NCBI GenBank assembly: GCA_964291215.2
Contig: OZ219791.1
Coordinates: forward strand, 1,344,001 to 1,408,000
Length of the DNA: 64,000 nt
DNA from: Alphaproteobacteria bacterium
GTDB taxonomy: Bacteria > Pseudomonadota > Alphaproteobacteria > MPNO01 > UBA830
Direction: 5' to 3'
The notes beneath the pieces are model-generated. The model saw nothing but the letters and a program-made list of their open reading frames with translations, was not told the DNA's origin and did not search any database. The translations under genes were made by a program, and so were the position numbers. Of the stretch, positions 32,846 to 43,677 are shown piece after piece; the first letter of the stretch is position 1; the number at the start of each line of letters is the position of its first letter.

Positions 32846-32910
32846 AGACAATCCACACCAAAATCAACCGCTGGATTCAGATTGACATTAAATCGTGCGC
32901 CCGGCCATGG

Positions 32911-32948
32911 GGTACTGTAACTTGATGTCTGGAAATTTGTCTGAGGTT
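32911..32948 (+). mobile_element. Orphan IS256 end
   Basis: 38 bp identical to the reverse complement of 28394-28431. Confidence 0.8.
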
Positions 32949-33040
32949 GAGGTTCGCGAAGCCCGAGGAGCGTCCGCTGCGTTGATGGACGACTATCTCG
33001 GGTTTCGCCGTCTGGCGGGGCTGCGCCATATTGCGTCCTT

Positions 33041-34490
33041 CAGGGGGCAGTGGCCGGCGGCGTGACGGGGCCTTCAAGTGCCGCGACCGGTGGCTGGAAG
33101 CCGGAGCAGCAGTGGCTTGATCTGACAACACGCGACTGCTTGCGGCGCCGGGAACGTTTCCGAACCTTGCCTCCTTCTTTCTTGCGACGCGGCGGCTGGC
33201 CGACGACCGGGCCTGCGGCCACCAGGTGGCGGAGACGTTCTGCGATCCGGCGCGTTTTGCGGGCACAAGGTGGCGGGCTGGCGTGCCAAGAGGTTTGCCC
33301 GCGGGCGCTGCACCGACCCCCATGGCAAGGAGATTTTCGTTGTGCGGCGCGACGGCTGCTGTCGCGCCCGCAGGTGCTGCGGTGGCCTGCCTCCTCGCTC
33401 CCCGGGGTTCCGAGGTGATGCGTTCGCTGCACGACGTGCTGGCGGCGATCGAGGACTTCCGCCGCGCAGGAAGCACACGGTGTGCTCACGTTCTCGCCGA
33501 GCTTGCGAACATGAAAGGCAGCTGCGCAGTTTGCGCGGTCGCTGTCCCGAGACGAGCTCGAGGCCATCGGCGGAACCCGAGGACGGAGCTGCGCGAGCCG
33601 CCCTCCGGGGTGACCCTCCACCGAGATCGTCCGGTCGATCGACCTCGAGGCGCTCGAGGATGTGCTCGGCCGCGGGCTCGCCCGGGCGCTTGCCGCCGAC
33701 GGCAAGCGCATCCGCGGCGCCAACCGCAACGGCCACCACGAGACCGTGGCCCTCACGCCTCCGGCGCACCCTTCGCGCTGTTGAACTTCGACGACGGCGA
33801 GCCGGCGGCCACCTCCTCGAGCGCACCGATGTTCGCGGCAAGGTGATCACCCGCACGACGCCGGCGACGCTGATCACCCGGTGCTGCGGCGCAGACCACG
33901 TCTTCCCGGTCAAGGGCGCCCGAAACCTTCGACGGCATCGATCGGGAGACGGATGGCCGCTTCAAGGAGGCAAGGCCCGCCTCGAGCAGCGCGTGCCGCT
34001 CAAGGGCTTGATCAACTACCCCGGCGTCAGCCGGATCGCCCGCATCAAGCGCTGTCGCAAGCCGCCGGGAAAGAGCGTCAGCGGCGCAGCGAGCGGCAAC
34101 GACTGCACCGGTACATCAGCTCGATGCGCAACACGCGTCGCCAGAGGAACTGCTGCGGCCGCGGGCTGTGGAAAACATGAACCACCGAGACTGCGTCTTC
34201 GGCGAGGACGCCTGCCTGACCCGCAAACCGCGTCAGCCTCGACAACATCGCGCTCGCGGTGATCTTCGCCAACCGACGCGAGAGCCTCGCCGAAACACGG
34301 CTGCAGCTCAACCACCGGGAAGTCGTCGCAGCCCTGAGCGCCAATGGTGTCAGGCCGATTCCCGGACGCCGCCCACAACCCGCCCACGCGCCGGCAACGA
34401 CCGCGGACGGCCTCAAAGCCAGAAAATCTGACAAGAATGCGGAAATTTATGCTCCGTTCAGCGGTCATTCAAGACATCGACCACAGCGTG
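33041..34490 (+). mobile_element. Degenerate ISAs1-family element
   Basis: IEDFRR, PPS..TLHR, AADGKRIRGA, VKG, EN..H.RD.VFGEDAC spread over many frames. Ends approximate. Confidence 0.75.
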
Positions 34491-34996
34491 GGAAAGTTCT
34501 GGGGAATCGACCACCGCGTGCCGCTTTCTCCCCCTTTTTTCCGCCGTCATAGCCACTCGGCCTACCGCTCTCCGTCGTCTTCACGGACTGACTGTCGATC
34601 TCCCCTGCCGTCGAACGCCGCAGCTTCTGGGTCGGACCCTGCAACGCCGCCACGAGACCCTCATCCCTGGTCACGCCATCGGTAAAAGTAGTATCGGACC
34701 GTCGAAGTTGCTGGAAAACAAGGCGGAAGCGCACGCCACTGGCAGCCCGTCATCAACTGGTACAGCAGCTCATTCACCACTTCGCGCAGGTCTACCTCAC
34801 AGGGACGGCCCGTTGACGACGGCGCTGGAAGCAACGGTGAGCCCATTCCGCGTCTGCGTTTTCGAACCGATTCCCCCGACGCTGATATTTTGCACGAGCG
34901 GTCTTGGTCCAAGCCATGGCATCCTCCCGATGTCGTCGTCAGTCACATCGCAGAGGCTAGAATCGGGGCCGCTTAATAGTCTCCGCACAGGCTCTT
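34491..34996 (-). mobile_element. Degenerate IS5-family (IS1031-like) transposase fragment
   Basis: DLREVVN..Y..TGCQWRALP..FP..STV.YYF.RW and IDSQSVKTTE.G..GYD.GKK. Confidence 0.85.
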
Positions 34997-35254
34997 ATGA
35001 ATGTAACGTGGGCGGTCCGTGGACCGGTTCGGGACGTATCCGTGTGATTGCCGGTGACGTAGCCGCTCGTTGTCGATGTTGAGCGCTGCGGCGCTTCGTT
35101 GGACCGCCTCGAGGCCTGAACCGGATCCTTTGCGATATGCGGCGCGGCCGGGCGCATCGGTTCCGGTCAAGGCCGGGACTGGTTGTCCGATTCGTCCTCA
35201 TTTCGGCGGGACTGTGCGCCGGCAGGGATCGCGATATGGAGATCCGATGTCGGG

Positions 35255-37708
35255 TCAGCCCCTGGCCGGGTCCGTCTTTCCCGGGGGGGTGGATCGGCGA
35301 CGACGCGCTATCACGTGGTGCACGAGCAGGTAGACGGTTGCAACGGCGAGCGTCGAGACCGCGACGACCGGATCCTTCAACAGCAGGAGAACGGCTAGCA
35401 CCAGACGGAGGCCGACCTCGTACGACGACAGGGGCGCGGCATCGAAGCGGCTGAGAGCGCTTGCCACGAGGTAAAGCGCGACCACCAGACGCAGCATCAA
35501 CCAAGCCAGCGCCTCGAGCTGGACGGTTCCGTCGTAACCGGGCAGGTAGATCTTCTCGCTTGAGAGAGAGCCATCGATCGACGGCGCAAGCTGCGCCTGT
35601 TCGATCAGCAGGAGTTCCGGATAGAAGGCAAATACGAACGGAATCGTGAACATGACGATACCGACCCGGACGGCCTGGATCCCGGTGGCCATCGGTTCGG
35701 CCTTGGAAATGGTGGAGGCCGCGAACGCGGCGATGGCGACGGGTGGTGTGATCGCCGAGGCGACCGCGAAATAGAAGATGAACATGTGGGCCGTGAAGAA
35801 CGATGTTCCGAGCGCGACCAGCAGCGGACCGATGATCAGGATCACGTTCACATAGGCGGGGAGTGTCGGCATGCCCATGCCAAGCATGATCGTGACGATC
35901 ATCGCGGTGATCAACGCCAGGAGCAGGTATGCCGGGCCGCCGACGACAAGTTCCTGACCGAACAGTGTGAAGCTCGATACCGATTTCAGCCAGTTCAGGA
36001 TGTCGATGGTCATGATGCCGGTGAAGTTGGTAAAGTTGATGCAGATGTCGATGACCGCGACGGCGGTCAGGAGCAGGAAGAGCTCGGCGATGATCAGGCC
36101 GGCGCTCGACAGCGCGGTGATGATCTTGCTCGGCGCCTTTCTGATGTCCTCGTCGAGGAAGAGCAGGACGAGCAGGAGCATGACCGCCCAGAAGCCCGCT
36201 GAATCCGGATCCCCGGCGGCGTTCTGAAACAACTTGAGTATCCACGGGAAGGCTTCTCCGATGCCTGGCGTATATCCGAAGATCCATCCGAGAAACCCGG
36301 TGCCGACAGCGTCTTTCCTTGTCAACAGCAGGACCAGTATGAGCAGTATCGGCCCAGCTATCATCAGCAGATTGGTCCAGTCCCGACGCGTGAGCTTCTG
36401 CTCTTCGGTCAGTTGCCCCACGACCTTGAGGTTTGCTCGTCGAGCCTCGAAGATGACGACTAGGAACAGGCTCAGGAAATAGGCAAGCGCGGGGAGAAAG
36501 GCCGCGATGATCACGTCGGAATAGGGAACGGTCGACAACGCCGACAGGACGAACGCGGCGATGCCCATGACGGGTGGCATGAACTGGCCGCCGCTCGATG
36601 CCGCGGCCTCGACGCCGCCCGCGAAGGTCGGCGCGAAGCCGTTTCGCATCATCATCGGGATCGTGAGTGTTCCCGTGCCCAGCACGTTGACTACCGGACC
36701 GCCTGAAATCGTGCCGAACGTGGCCGAGCCCACGATCGCCGCGTGGGCGGGTCCGCCACGCAGATTCCGTGTGATGACGACGGCGAGTTTGATCAGAGCC
36801 CGCCCGCCGGCCGACGCGCCGAACAGCGCGCCCAGGACGACATAGGGGAAGACGATATTGACGGTAATATTCAGGAACTGTCCGAGAAGGCCGTTGGATT
36901 CGAGGGTGATCGCGTTGCGCGCGGCGACCACGCCCGCCGCGTAGCTCTTCACCTCGCCGATGACCGTGCCGATCGATGTGGTGAAGTAGCGATTGTCGGT
37001 CCAGTCGAAATACCATGCGGCGGAGGATAGGACGGTGTAAAGCGCGATGGCGATGGCTACCGCAACGATGGGGAACCCCCACACTCTGACGACATAGACG
37101 AAGAAGATCGTTACCGTGAACAGCAGCCAGGGCAGGACCCAGTTGCCGAGAACGGCTTGGCAATCGGGAAACTCTTCTACCGGGGGTGTCCCGTAGATGG
37201 CAATGTATTCTGCCGCCCGGGCCTTGGTCTCGGCGAGCAGCCGGGCGCGTTCGCCGCTGATCGTGTCGAAGAGGCACACTTGGTCGTGTTCGATCAGATA
37301 GACGAGCGATGTCCCGAGGATGGCCACGAGCATAAGGACATCTAGGAGGCATCCCAGCCAGAAGCGCCCGCCCGCCTGCCCGCGCCAGCTTCGTCCGAAT
37401 GACGATACGAGGAGGGCGGTGACCAGCATCAGGGTGAATGCCAGCGGAAAGAAGAACTCCGAACTGTACTTGCTCAGCCTTGGCAGGTTTTCGAGCCCGG
37501 GTATCGATCGAACGGTTTCCAGGAGCCCGGGGATGTTAGGAAGGTTGTTGGCCATCCCCACGACCACGAGGATGAAGGCGAGCGCCAGTGCCAGCCGGCT
37601 CATCCAGCCGCCATCCGCCACGACCGGCGTCTCCGACATCCCGGAAGCGACGGGCTGCGGGCCGTCGCCTTCGGATGGCGAGGGGGGAATGCGGGGAGTT
37701 TCCGACAC
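35255..37708 (-). CDS. TAXI-TRAP fused 4TM/12TM permease
   Basis: GGPAHAA, TIPMM..GF..AGGVEAAASSGGQ.MPPVMG, GMPTLPAY, SAITPPVA. Confidence 0.92.
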   Translation of the reverse strand: MSETPRIPPSPSEGDGPQPVASGMSETPVVADGGWMSRLALALAFILVVVGMANNLPNIPGLLETVRSIPGLENLPRLSKYSSEFFFPLAFTLMLVTALLVSSFGRSWRGQAGGRFWLGCLLDVLMLVAILGTSLVYLIEHDQVCLFDTISGERARLLAETKARAAEYIAIYGTPPVEEFPDCQAVLGNWVLPWLLFTVTIFFVYVVRVWGFPIVAVAIAIALYTVLSSAAWYFDWTDNRYFTTSIGTVIGEVKSYAAGVVAARNAITLESNGLLGQFLNITVNIVFPYVVLGALFGASAGGRALIKLAVVITRNLRGGPAHAAIVGSATFGTISGGPVVNVLGTGTLTIPMMMRNGFAPTFAGGVEAAASSGGQFMPPVMGIAAFVLSALSTVPYSDVIIAAFLPALAYFLSLFLVVIFEARRANLKVVGQLTEEQKLTRRDWTNLLMIAGPILLILVLLLTRKDAVGTGFLGWIFGYTPGIGEAFPWILKLFQNAAGDPDSAGFWAVMLLLVLLFLDEDIRKAPSKIITALSSAGLIIAELFLLLTAVAVIDICINFTNFTGIMTIDILNWLKSVSSFTLFGQELVVGGPAYLLLALITAMIVTIMLGMGMPTLPAYVNVILIIGPLLVALGTSFFTAHMFIFYFAVASAITPPVAIAAFAASTISKAEPMATGIQAVRVGIVMFTIPFVFAFYPELLLIEQAQLAPSIDGSLSSEKIYLPGYDGTVQLEALAWLMLRLVVALYLVASALSRFDAAPLSSYEVGLRLVLAVLLLLKDPVVAVSTLAVATVYLLVHHVIARRRRSTPPGKTDPARG

Positions 37709-37744
37709 TTGGCGCTACCGTCCCGGCCTGCGCCCGGGGACGGA

Positions 37745-37767
37745 GAACCGGAGCGCCGCTCCGGTTC
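37745..37767. terminator. Perfect intergenic stem-loop between the TAXI receptor and permease
   Basis: gaaccggagcg-c-cgctccggttc; likely mRNA-stabilising or attenuating. Confidence 0.45.
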
Positions 37768-37791
37768 CCGGACCGGTCCAGGGGCGTCAGC

Positions 37792-38841
37792 CTACGAGGT
37801 CGGCTTCATGCAGTCGGCCACCTTGTAGCCCGCCTCTTCCCAGGCCTCGACGGAGCCGGGATGCAGCTTCGCGCCGGCGTTGCAGAGCGCCATCTTCTTG
37901 TCGTCGATCTCGCCGAAATAGAGGCCCTTGGCAAAGGGCGCCTTCCGGTGCAGGTTGGAAACGTTCTTGATGAACGCCGCCGTCAGGGCCTTGGCAATGC
38001 CCTTGTCCATCTTCTTGTGGACGCCGTCGCTGAACGGCGCGGTCACGGTCCGGAACATGTCGTCTTCGGAGATGATGTTGACGTTCTCGCCATAGTGGGC
38101 GAGCTCGCTGACCGGGAAGATGCTCGGGGCGTTTCCGGGTGCGCCCAGGAACTTCTGCCACGCTGTGCCTTCCCACTTCGCCTTGGGAACGGAAATCAGG
38201 TTGATCTTGCCGGCGGCCGCCAGGATCGGCATCCAGCTCGCCGGGTTTGTGCCGGGGCGCACGGCGGCGTCGACGGAGCGGTCCAGGAAGATTGCATTTG
38301 CCTGGCCCCATGCGATCTGCTTGCCGGCATAGCCCTTGCCGTCATTCAGCCCGGTGGTAAGCCGGATAACCGAACGGGCGGTGTTGAGTGCGCCTCCTCG
38401 AGGCGGGCCATTGAAGACGGTCTTGCCTTTGATCTTGTCCCAGCTGTCGATCCCGGTGCTGGCGTAGGCGAGCAGGAAAAAGCCCGTGATGCCATGGTAC
38501 GGGTAGAGGACGCGCAGGTTGGAGGCGAGTTCCGCGCCCCGCTCGCGGCCGAGCGAGCCGTAGGGGCCCAGCCCGCGGGACATCAGGAAATACAGGACGA
38601 TGGGCATCGCCGCTATGTCCGTCTTGCCCTCGGCCACCTGCTGAATCGAACGGGTCAGGGTCTTGCCGCCCTGACCCTGGATGGTTGCGATCTTTTCGGC
38701 CGCGGCGAGCTCGGCCAGGTTCCGGGCCGAAACATCGCTGCCGCCGCCTGCCTGCCCGTATTCGTGGGTGAGCGTCGGCATCTGCGCGTAAGCCGATGTG
38801 GCTAGCATCGTTGCCGCACCGATAATCAGAAGTCTCTTCAT
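37792..38841 (-). CDS. TAXI-family TRAP solute receptor
   Basis: Signal peptide MKRLLIIGAA..AYA, IKGK.V..G, LHPG; upstream of the fused permease. Confidence 0.85.
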   Translation of the reverse strand: MKRLLIIGAATMLATSAYAQMPTLTHEYGQAGGGSDVSARNLAELAAAEKIATIQGQGGKTLTRSIQQVAEGKTDIAAMPIVLYFLMSRGLGPYGSLGRERGAELASNLRVLYPYHGITGFFLLAYASTGIDSWDKIKGKTVFNGPPRGGALNTARSVIRLTTGLNDGKGYAGKQIAWGQANAIFLDRSVDAAVRPGTNPASWMPILAAAGKINLISVPKAKWEGTAWQKFLGAPGNAPSIFPVSELAHYGENVNIISEDDMFRTVTAPFSDGVHKKMDKGIAKALTAAFIKNVSNLHRKAPFAKGLYFGEIDDKKMALCNAGAKLHPGSVEAWEEAGYKVADCMKPTS

Positions 38842-39200
38842 GTCGATCTCCATATGAATTCGGGCTCGTGCCGTGCAGCTTGGAGACCATTTCCGATGGA
38901 ACGGCGCTGAACCGCCTGTGCGGGGCCCGGCAGCCAGCTTCGGCCGGTTTTCCGTCGCGATGGGGACTCTGCGTTGCGCGTCGTGCCCAGTCTTTACCGT
39001 GTCCACTTATACGTTCTTCGCCGACATGTCAAAAGTGGCAGGCTGCGGCCCGTTTCCGCGGCGCCTCGTCATTCGCCGGCGCTGTCCTTGCGGGTTGGCG
39101 GATGAGCCGGCAGCGCCGCCGTAATTATCCGCGGAATTCCAAAACCTCGGCCCGGCAGGGAATCTCGGAACAGCTGGCGCCCCCCGGCGCGGCCGCCGCC

Positions 39201-39932
39201 CTATTCGCAGACCGCGATCTCCATCCCGATCTTCAAGTCGAAATTCTTGGCTGCGCTGCCGAAACCGACCGCCACCTCGACAAGACCGAGGGAGTTGCCA
39301 TACCAGAACGGTATGTTGGGCCCCGCCTGCGCAAAAATCCTTTCGTGTTCGAAGCGCCAGCCGCCGATCTCGATGGTCGCCGATTTAGGAACGGCGGACG
39401 TTCGTACTCCGGTCATCGCGTTGCCGAAGCCGTCGATATAGATGATCTCCGGCAGATCATTCGGGTACGGATCGCGCCACACTTCGTCTATCTCTCGGGT
39501 TTTGCACTTCACCGCCTTGCTGAGCGCGAGCCGGGCGGCGGTCGGCGCAAAGAGGTCGCGACCATGGAAGGTATCGGAGACACGCCATGGTGGCTTCCAT
39601 GTGACAACATCGAACGAGACATCGGAAGCGCACCGCATGACCATCTCGAACAGCCCGTTGTCCGGGCCGACGAAGCGGCGGCCGTCGGCGGTGACGATGC
39701 AAGGCGCGCGCGCGGAGCCGACAGTGGGGTCGACGACGGCGAGCACGATCGCATCGCGCTGCAGAAAGTTCGCCACGCGTTCAAGGAGGAATGCGGCGGG
39801 CCGAATATTCGTCGCTGGCGCGTCATGCATGAGATCAATGACGGGATGTCCCGGCGCGTCGCGTTCCAGCACGGCCTTGACCTGCCCCACATAGAGGCTG
39901 CCTGGCCCGTAGTCGGTAAACAGCGCGATCAT
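39201..39932 (-). CDS. SAM hydrolase/halogenase family (DUF62)
   Basis: IALFTDYG..YVGQVK, VVDP.VG, GPDNG, TFHGRDLFAP, IDGFGN, NS.GLVE. Confidence 0.9.
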   Translation of the reverse strand: MIALFTDYGPGSLYVGQVKAVLERDAPGHPVIDLMHDAPATNIRPAAFLLERVANFLQRDAIVLAVVDPTVGSARAPCIVTADGRRFVGPDNGLFEMVMRCASDVSFDVVTWKPPWRVSDTFHGRDLFAPTAARLALSKAVKCKTREIDEVWRDPYPNDLPEIIYIDGFGNAMTGVRTSAVPKSATIEIGGWRFEHERIFAQAGPNIPFWYGNSLGLVEVAVGFGSAAKNFDLKIGMEIAVCE

Positions 39933-40159
39933 GCGGTGCACTATGGTATGGCACATTAGCCCCGGCAAGCCGGACCGCGCAGCCGGGATTGGCGCCGGGC
40001 TCGCTCGTGTGCGAGAGTTTGGTGATGGTGCGTCTTCGGGGGGGGGGGCGCCCGCAACCGGCGGCCGGGGGCATGGCGGACGGCTGCGACCCGTTCGTGG
40101 CTCTGAAAAGGCTGTCCGGGATTGACTTGAACCGGTGTCGCGGATACCTAACCGTCGCC

Positions 40160-41128
40160 ATGAGGATTTTCCGACATGTTGCCGGCCTGCCGGAAGCGGT
40201 GCACGGATCATCGGTCGCGATCGGTAATTTCGATGGTGTCCATCTTGGCCACCAGACGGTTATCGGAAGCGCCGGAGAAATTGCCGGAGACGGCGGCATA
40301 CCGCTGTCGGTTCTCACGTTCGAGCCGCATCCGCGTCTGTTTTTCCGGCCCGAGGAACCATCCTTTCAGCTCACGCCGCTACGTAGCAAGATGCGCATGC
40401 TGGAGAGGATCGATGTCGATAACCTCCTTGTCATGCATTTCGATGCAGAGGTGTCGCGGCTCGGTCATCAGGACTTCGTCCGCAAGTTCCTTGTTGAGGG
40501 GTTCCGTGCCCGGCACGTGACCGTCGGCTATGACTTCGTGTTCGGCGCTGAGCGTGGCGGCAATATTGACTATCTGCGGGCCTGCGCCGATGACGGTGAT
40601 TTCGGCTTGCAGGTTGTCGGTGCGGTAACCGACGGGGACGGTACGGTCTTTTCCTCTACCACCATCCGGAACTGCCTTGCTGCAGCTCGGCCGAGAGAAG
40701 CGGCGAGTCTGCTCGGCCGCCCCTGGGAAATCGAGGGCCGCGTGCAGCGCGGTGACCAGCGCGGGCGCCAGATCGGCTTTCCGACAGCCAATGTTTCGAT
40801 CGCAGACTATATGCAGCCGGCACTTGGGGTCTATGCGGTCTTTGCCGGCCTCGAGGACGGTGGCGATGTCACGTGGCACCCCGGCTGCGCCAATGTCGGC
40901 CGTCGGCCGACATTCGACAAGACGGACGTCAACGTGGAGGTCTACGTCTTCGACTTCACCGATGACATCTACGACCGTCTGCTTCGTGTTGCCTTCGTCG
41001 ATTACATCCGCCCGGAAAGGAAATTCGACGGTGTTGCCCAGCTCCGTGAGCAGATAGCCAGGGACAGCCATGATGCTCGCATCCTGCTCGAGGCGGTCCC
41101 TGCCGGCGACCTGATGTCGCCGGCATGA
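40160..41128 (+). CDS. ribF: Bifunctional riboflavin kinase/FAD synthetase
   Basis: GNFDGVHLGH, TFEPHP, SST.IR, GFPTAN, G.RPTF, IRPERKF. Confidence 0.95.
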   Translation: MRIFRHVAGLPEAVHGSSVAIGNFDGVHLGHQTVIGSAGEIAGDGGIPLSVLTFEPHPRLFFRPEEPSFQLTPLRSKMRMLERIDVDNLLVMHFDAEVSRLGHQDFVRKFLVEGFRARHVTVGYDFVFGAERGGNIDYLRACADDGDFGLQVVGAVTDGDGTVFSSTTIRNCLAAARPREAASLLGRPWEIEGRVQRGDQRGRQIGFPTANVSIADYMQPALGVYAVFAGLEDGGDVTWHPGCANVGRRPTFDKTDVNVEVYVFDFTDDIYDRLLRVAFVDYIRPERKFDGVAQLREQIARDSHDARILLEAVPAGDLMSPA

Positions 41129-41173
41129 AGGCCGTGGCGGGTTTCCCGGTTCCGTCCGCTGGAGCATAGGTCC

Positions 41174-41683
41174 GTGCTTCGCTTCGGTCTCCTCCTTGCC
41201 GTGGTCGTCACGGTTCTCGACCAGATCTCGAAGCTGTGGATAGTCTACAGCGTGATGGCGCCGCCCCGTATCATCGAAGTGACGCCGTTCTTCAATATCG
41301 TGATGGTCTGGAACCGGGGGGTGAGCTTCGGCCTGCTAAGCGACGGCGCATTCTGGGTGCAGTACGCCGTCGGGGCGCTGGCGATTGTCATCTGCGTAGT
41401 GTTTGCCGTGTGGCTGGTGCGTGCGACAAGCCGCATGGTCGCCACGGGTCTCGGATTGGTGATTGGCGGCGCCGCGGGAAACTTCATCGACCGAGCGCTG
41501 CACGGGGCGGTGGCGGACTTTCTCGATTTTCACGCGTTCGGATATCACTGGCCGGCCTTCAACATCGCGGACGCCGCGATCACGGTCGGCGCGGCGGCGC
41601 TGTTGCTCGACGGATTGATTGTCGCGTCGCGGGCGAATAAGGTGGCCCGGAAATCAGATCAGGTCCCGGGGACAAGGCGATGA
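41174..41683 (+). CDS. lspA: Signal peptidase II
   Basis: DQISK, NRGVSFG, GGAAGNFIDR..VADF, WPAFNIAD. Confidence 0.95.
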   Translation: MLRFGLLLAVVVTVLDQISKLWIVYSVMAPPRIIEVTPFFNIVMVWNRGVSFGLLSDGAFWVQYAVGALAIVICVVFAVWLVRATSRMVATGLGLVIGGAAGNFIDRALHGAVADFLDFHAFGYHWPAFNIADAAITVGAAALLLDGLIVASRANKVARKSDQVPGTRR

Positions 41684-42237
41684 AACCTGCATGGGGAACC
41701 ATTCCGGCGTCACTTGCCGTTGCCAGCGTCCTGCTGCTCGCGGGGTGTGATTCGGCGCGGGAGGCGATGGGGCTCGGCAAGCAGTCGATCAACGAGTTCG
41801 AGGTCGTGCCGCAGGCGCCGCTCAGCCTGCCTCCGGATTTCAGGTTGCGGCCGCCGCAGCCCGGGGCGAAGCGTCCCCAGGGGGTAGCGGCCCCGGATGC
41901 CGCGCGCGGCCTGCTGGTCGGGTCGCGGCCCGCCAACGGACAGAGCGCGGCTCCGTCAGCCGGGTCGCCGGCCGAGCAGGCGCTCCTGAAGAGCGCCGGG
42001 GCGACTGCGACGGATCCCGGCATCCGGGCCGCGATCGACCGCGAATCCGCGATCCTGTCGCAGGTGGACGAGGACTTCGTCGATCGCCTGATATTCTGGA
42101 AAACCAGGCCCGAGCCCGGCACCATCGTCGATCCGACGAAGGAGGCCGAACGGCTTCGCAAGAACAAGGCGGCGGGCACACCGGTTACGGAAGGCGAAAC
42201 CCCGGTCATCAAGCGTGATCCCCAAGGCTGGCAGTAG
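41680..42237 (+). CDS. DUF3035 lipoprotein
   Basis: Lipobox LAGC, EF.VV..APLSLPPDF.LRPP.PG; usual position after lspA. Confidence 0.8.
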   Translation: MKPAWGTIPASLAVASVLLLAGCDSAREAMGLGKQSINEFEVVPQAPLSLPPDFRLRPPQPGAKRPQGVAAPDAARGLLVGSRPANGQSAAPSAGSPAEQALLKSAGATATDPGIRAAIDRESAILSQVDEDFVDRLIFWKTRPEPGTIVDPTKEAERLRKNKAAGTPVTEGETPVIKRDPQGWQ

Positions 42238-42333
42238 GCGCTACGGCCGGCCCGGACGAGCCTTCCGGCACCCCCTCCATGGAGCAGGCCGGCAGACCCT
42301 GACCGTACGAGCGAAGCACGGAGGCAGTTCGGG

Positions 42334-43677
42334 ATGAGGGCAGGAATCGTCGGCGGATTGCAGATCCTTGCGCTGGTGCTTGCGGCGGCTGGTGCCGCCC
42401 AGGCGGGCGTGTTCTTTCCCAAGACATTCACCCTCGACAACGGCCTCCGGGTAGTCGTCATCGAGAACCGCCGCGCGCCTGTCGTCGTCCAGCACGTCTG
42501 GTACCGTGTCGGCGCCGCCGACGAGGCGCCGGACGAGGGAGGACTCGCGCACTTTGTCGAGCACCTGATGTTCAAGGGCACCGGGACGAGGAAGCCGGGC
42601 GAGTTCTCGCGCATCATCGAACGCATCGGCGCCGTGGACAACGCCTTCACCTCCTACGACTACACCGCCTATTTCCAGCGCGTTGCGGCGCACGGGCTCG
42701 AGACCGTCATGCGCCTTGAGGCGGACCGCATGCACAACCTCGTGCTGACAGACGACATCGTGCTGCCCGAGCGCGGGGTGATCGAGGAAGAGCGGCTCAT
42801 GCGCACCGACAACCGCCCGTCGGCCCGGCTTGGCGAGCAGATGCGCCGCGCGCTGTTTCTCAATCATCCCTACGGGCGCCCGCTGATCGGCTGGCCTGAT
42901 GACATCCGCCAGCTGAACACCGCCGGGGCACGCGCATTCTACAGGCGCCACTACGCGCCGAACAACGCGATTCTGATCGTTGCCGGGGACGTTTCGGCGG
43001 ATCGGGTCCGCGAGCTGGCCCGCAAGCATTATGGACCGGTTCCGCGCCGCGCTGTCCCGCTGCGGACGCGCGCTGCAGAGCCGCCCCACCATGCCGCGCG
43101 GCGCGTCATCCTGAAAAGTCTGCGCCAGCGCGTTCCGTCCTGGTTACGGTACTATCTCGCTCCCAGTTTCACGGCTGACGGGGACGGTCACGCCTACGCG
43201 CTCAAGGTGCTGGCGGAAGTGCTGGGCGGCGGGACCACGAGCCGCCTCTACCGCCGGCTGGTCGTCGAGCTCGGCATCGTCACCGGTGCCGGCGCCTGGT
43301 ACAGCGGCGGCGGCCTCGATCACGGCATCTTCGGCGTTCGTGCCGGCCTGAAACCCGGCGCCGATGTTGCATCGGTCGAGGCTGTCTTCGACAGGGAGCT
43401 CGAAACGGCGTTGCGCGACGGATTCGACGACGCGGATGTCGCGCGCGCCAAGAAGGGCCTGGTGGCTGCGGCAGTCTATGCCCGCGACGGGATTGGCGCG
43501 GGCGCGTACGCATTCGGACAGGCGTTCACTCAGGGCCGCACCGTCGAGGATGTCGAAGCGTGGCCCGAGCGCATCGCTGCGGTGACACCGGAGCAGGCCC
43601 TGGCTGCCGCAAAGAGCGTGCTCGACAGGCGCCGGTCGGTTACCGGTGTCCTGCTCCCTGAGGGGCGTGGCTCGTGA
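42334..43677 (+). CDS. M16 (pitrilysin-like) zinc peptidase, catalytic subunit
   Basis: HFVEH (HxxEH) motif, NAFTSYDYTAY. Confidence 0.92.
   Translation: MRAGIVGGLQILALVLAAAGAAQAGVFFPKTFTLDNGLRVVVIENRRAPVVVQHVWYRVGAADEAPDEGGLAHFVEHLMFKGTGTRKPGEFSRIIERIGAVDNAFTSYDYTAYFQRVAAHGLETVMRLEADRMHNLVLTDDIVLPERGVIEEERLMRTDNRPSARLGEQMRRALFLNHPYGRPLIGWPDDIRQLNTAGARAFYRRHYAPNNAILIVAGDVSADRVRELARKHYGPVPRRAVPLRTRAAEPPHHAARRVILKSLRQRVPSWLRYYLAPSFTADGDGHAYALKVLAEVLGGGTTSRLYRRLVVELGIVTGAGAWYSGGGLDHGIFGVRAGLKPGADVASVEAVFDRELETALRDGFDDADVARAKKGLVAAAVYARDGIGAGAYAFGQAFTQGRTVEDVEAWPERIAAVTPEQALAAAKSVLDRRRSVTGVLLPEGRGS

Noticed and set aside
34995-37352. 785-aa ORF and other long alternative-frame ORFs
   Set aside because: Arg/Pro-rich shadow frames of real genes, typical of high-GC DNA.
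39201-39932. Possible fluorinase/chlorinase for halogenated products
   Set aside because: DUF62 proteins in housekeeping context are usually SAM hydrolases; there are no biosynthetic neighbours.
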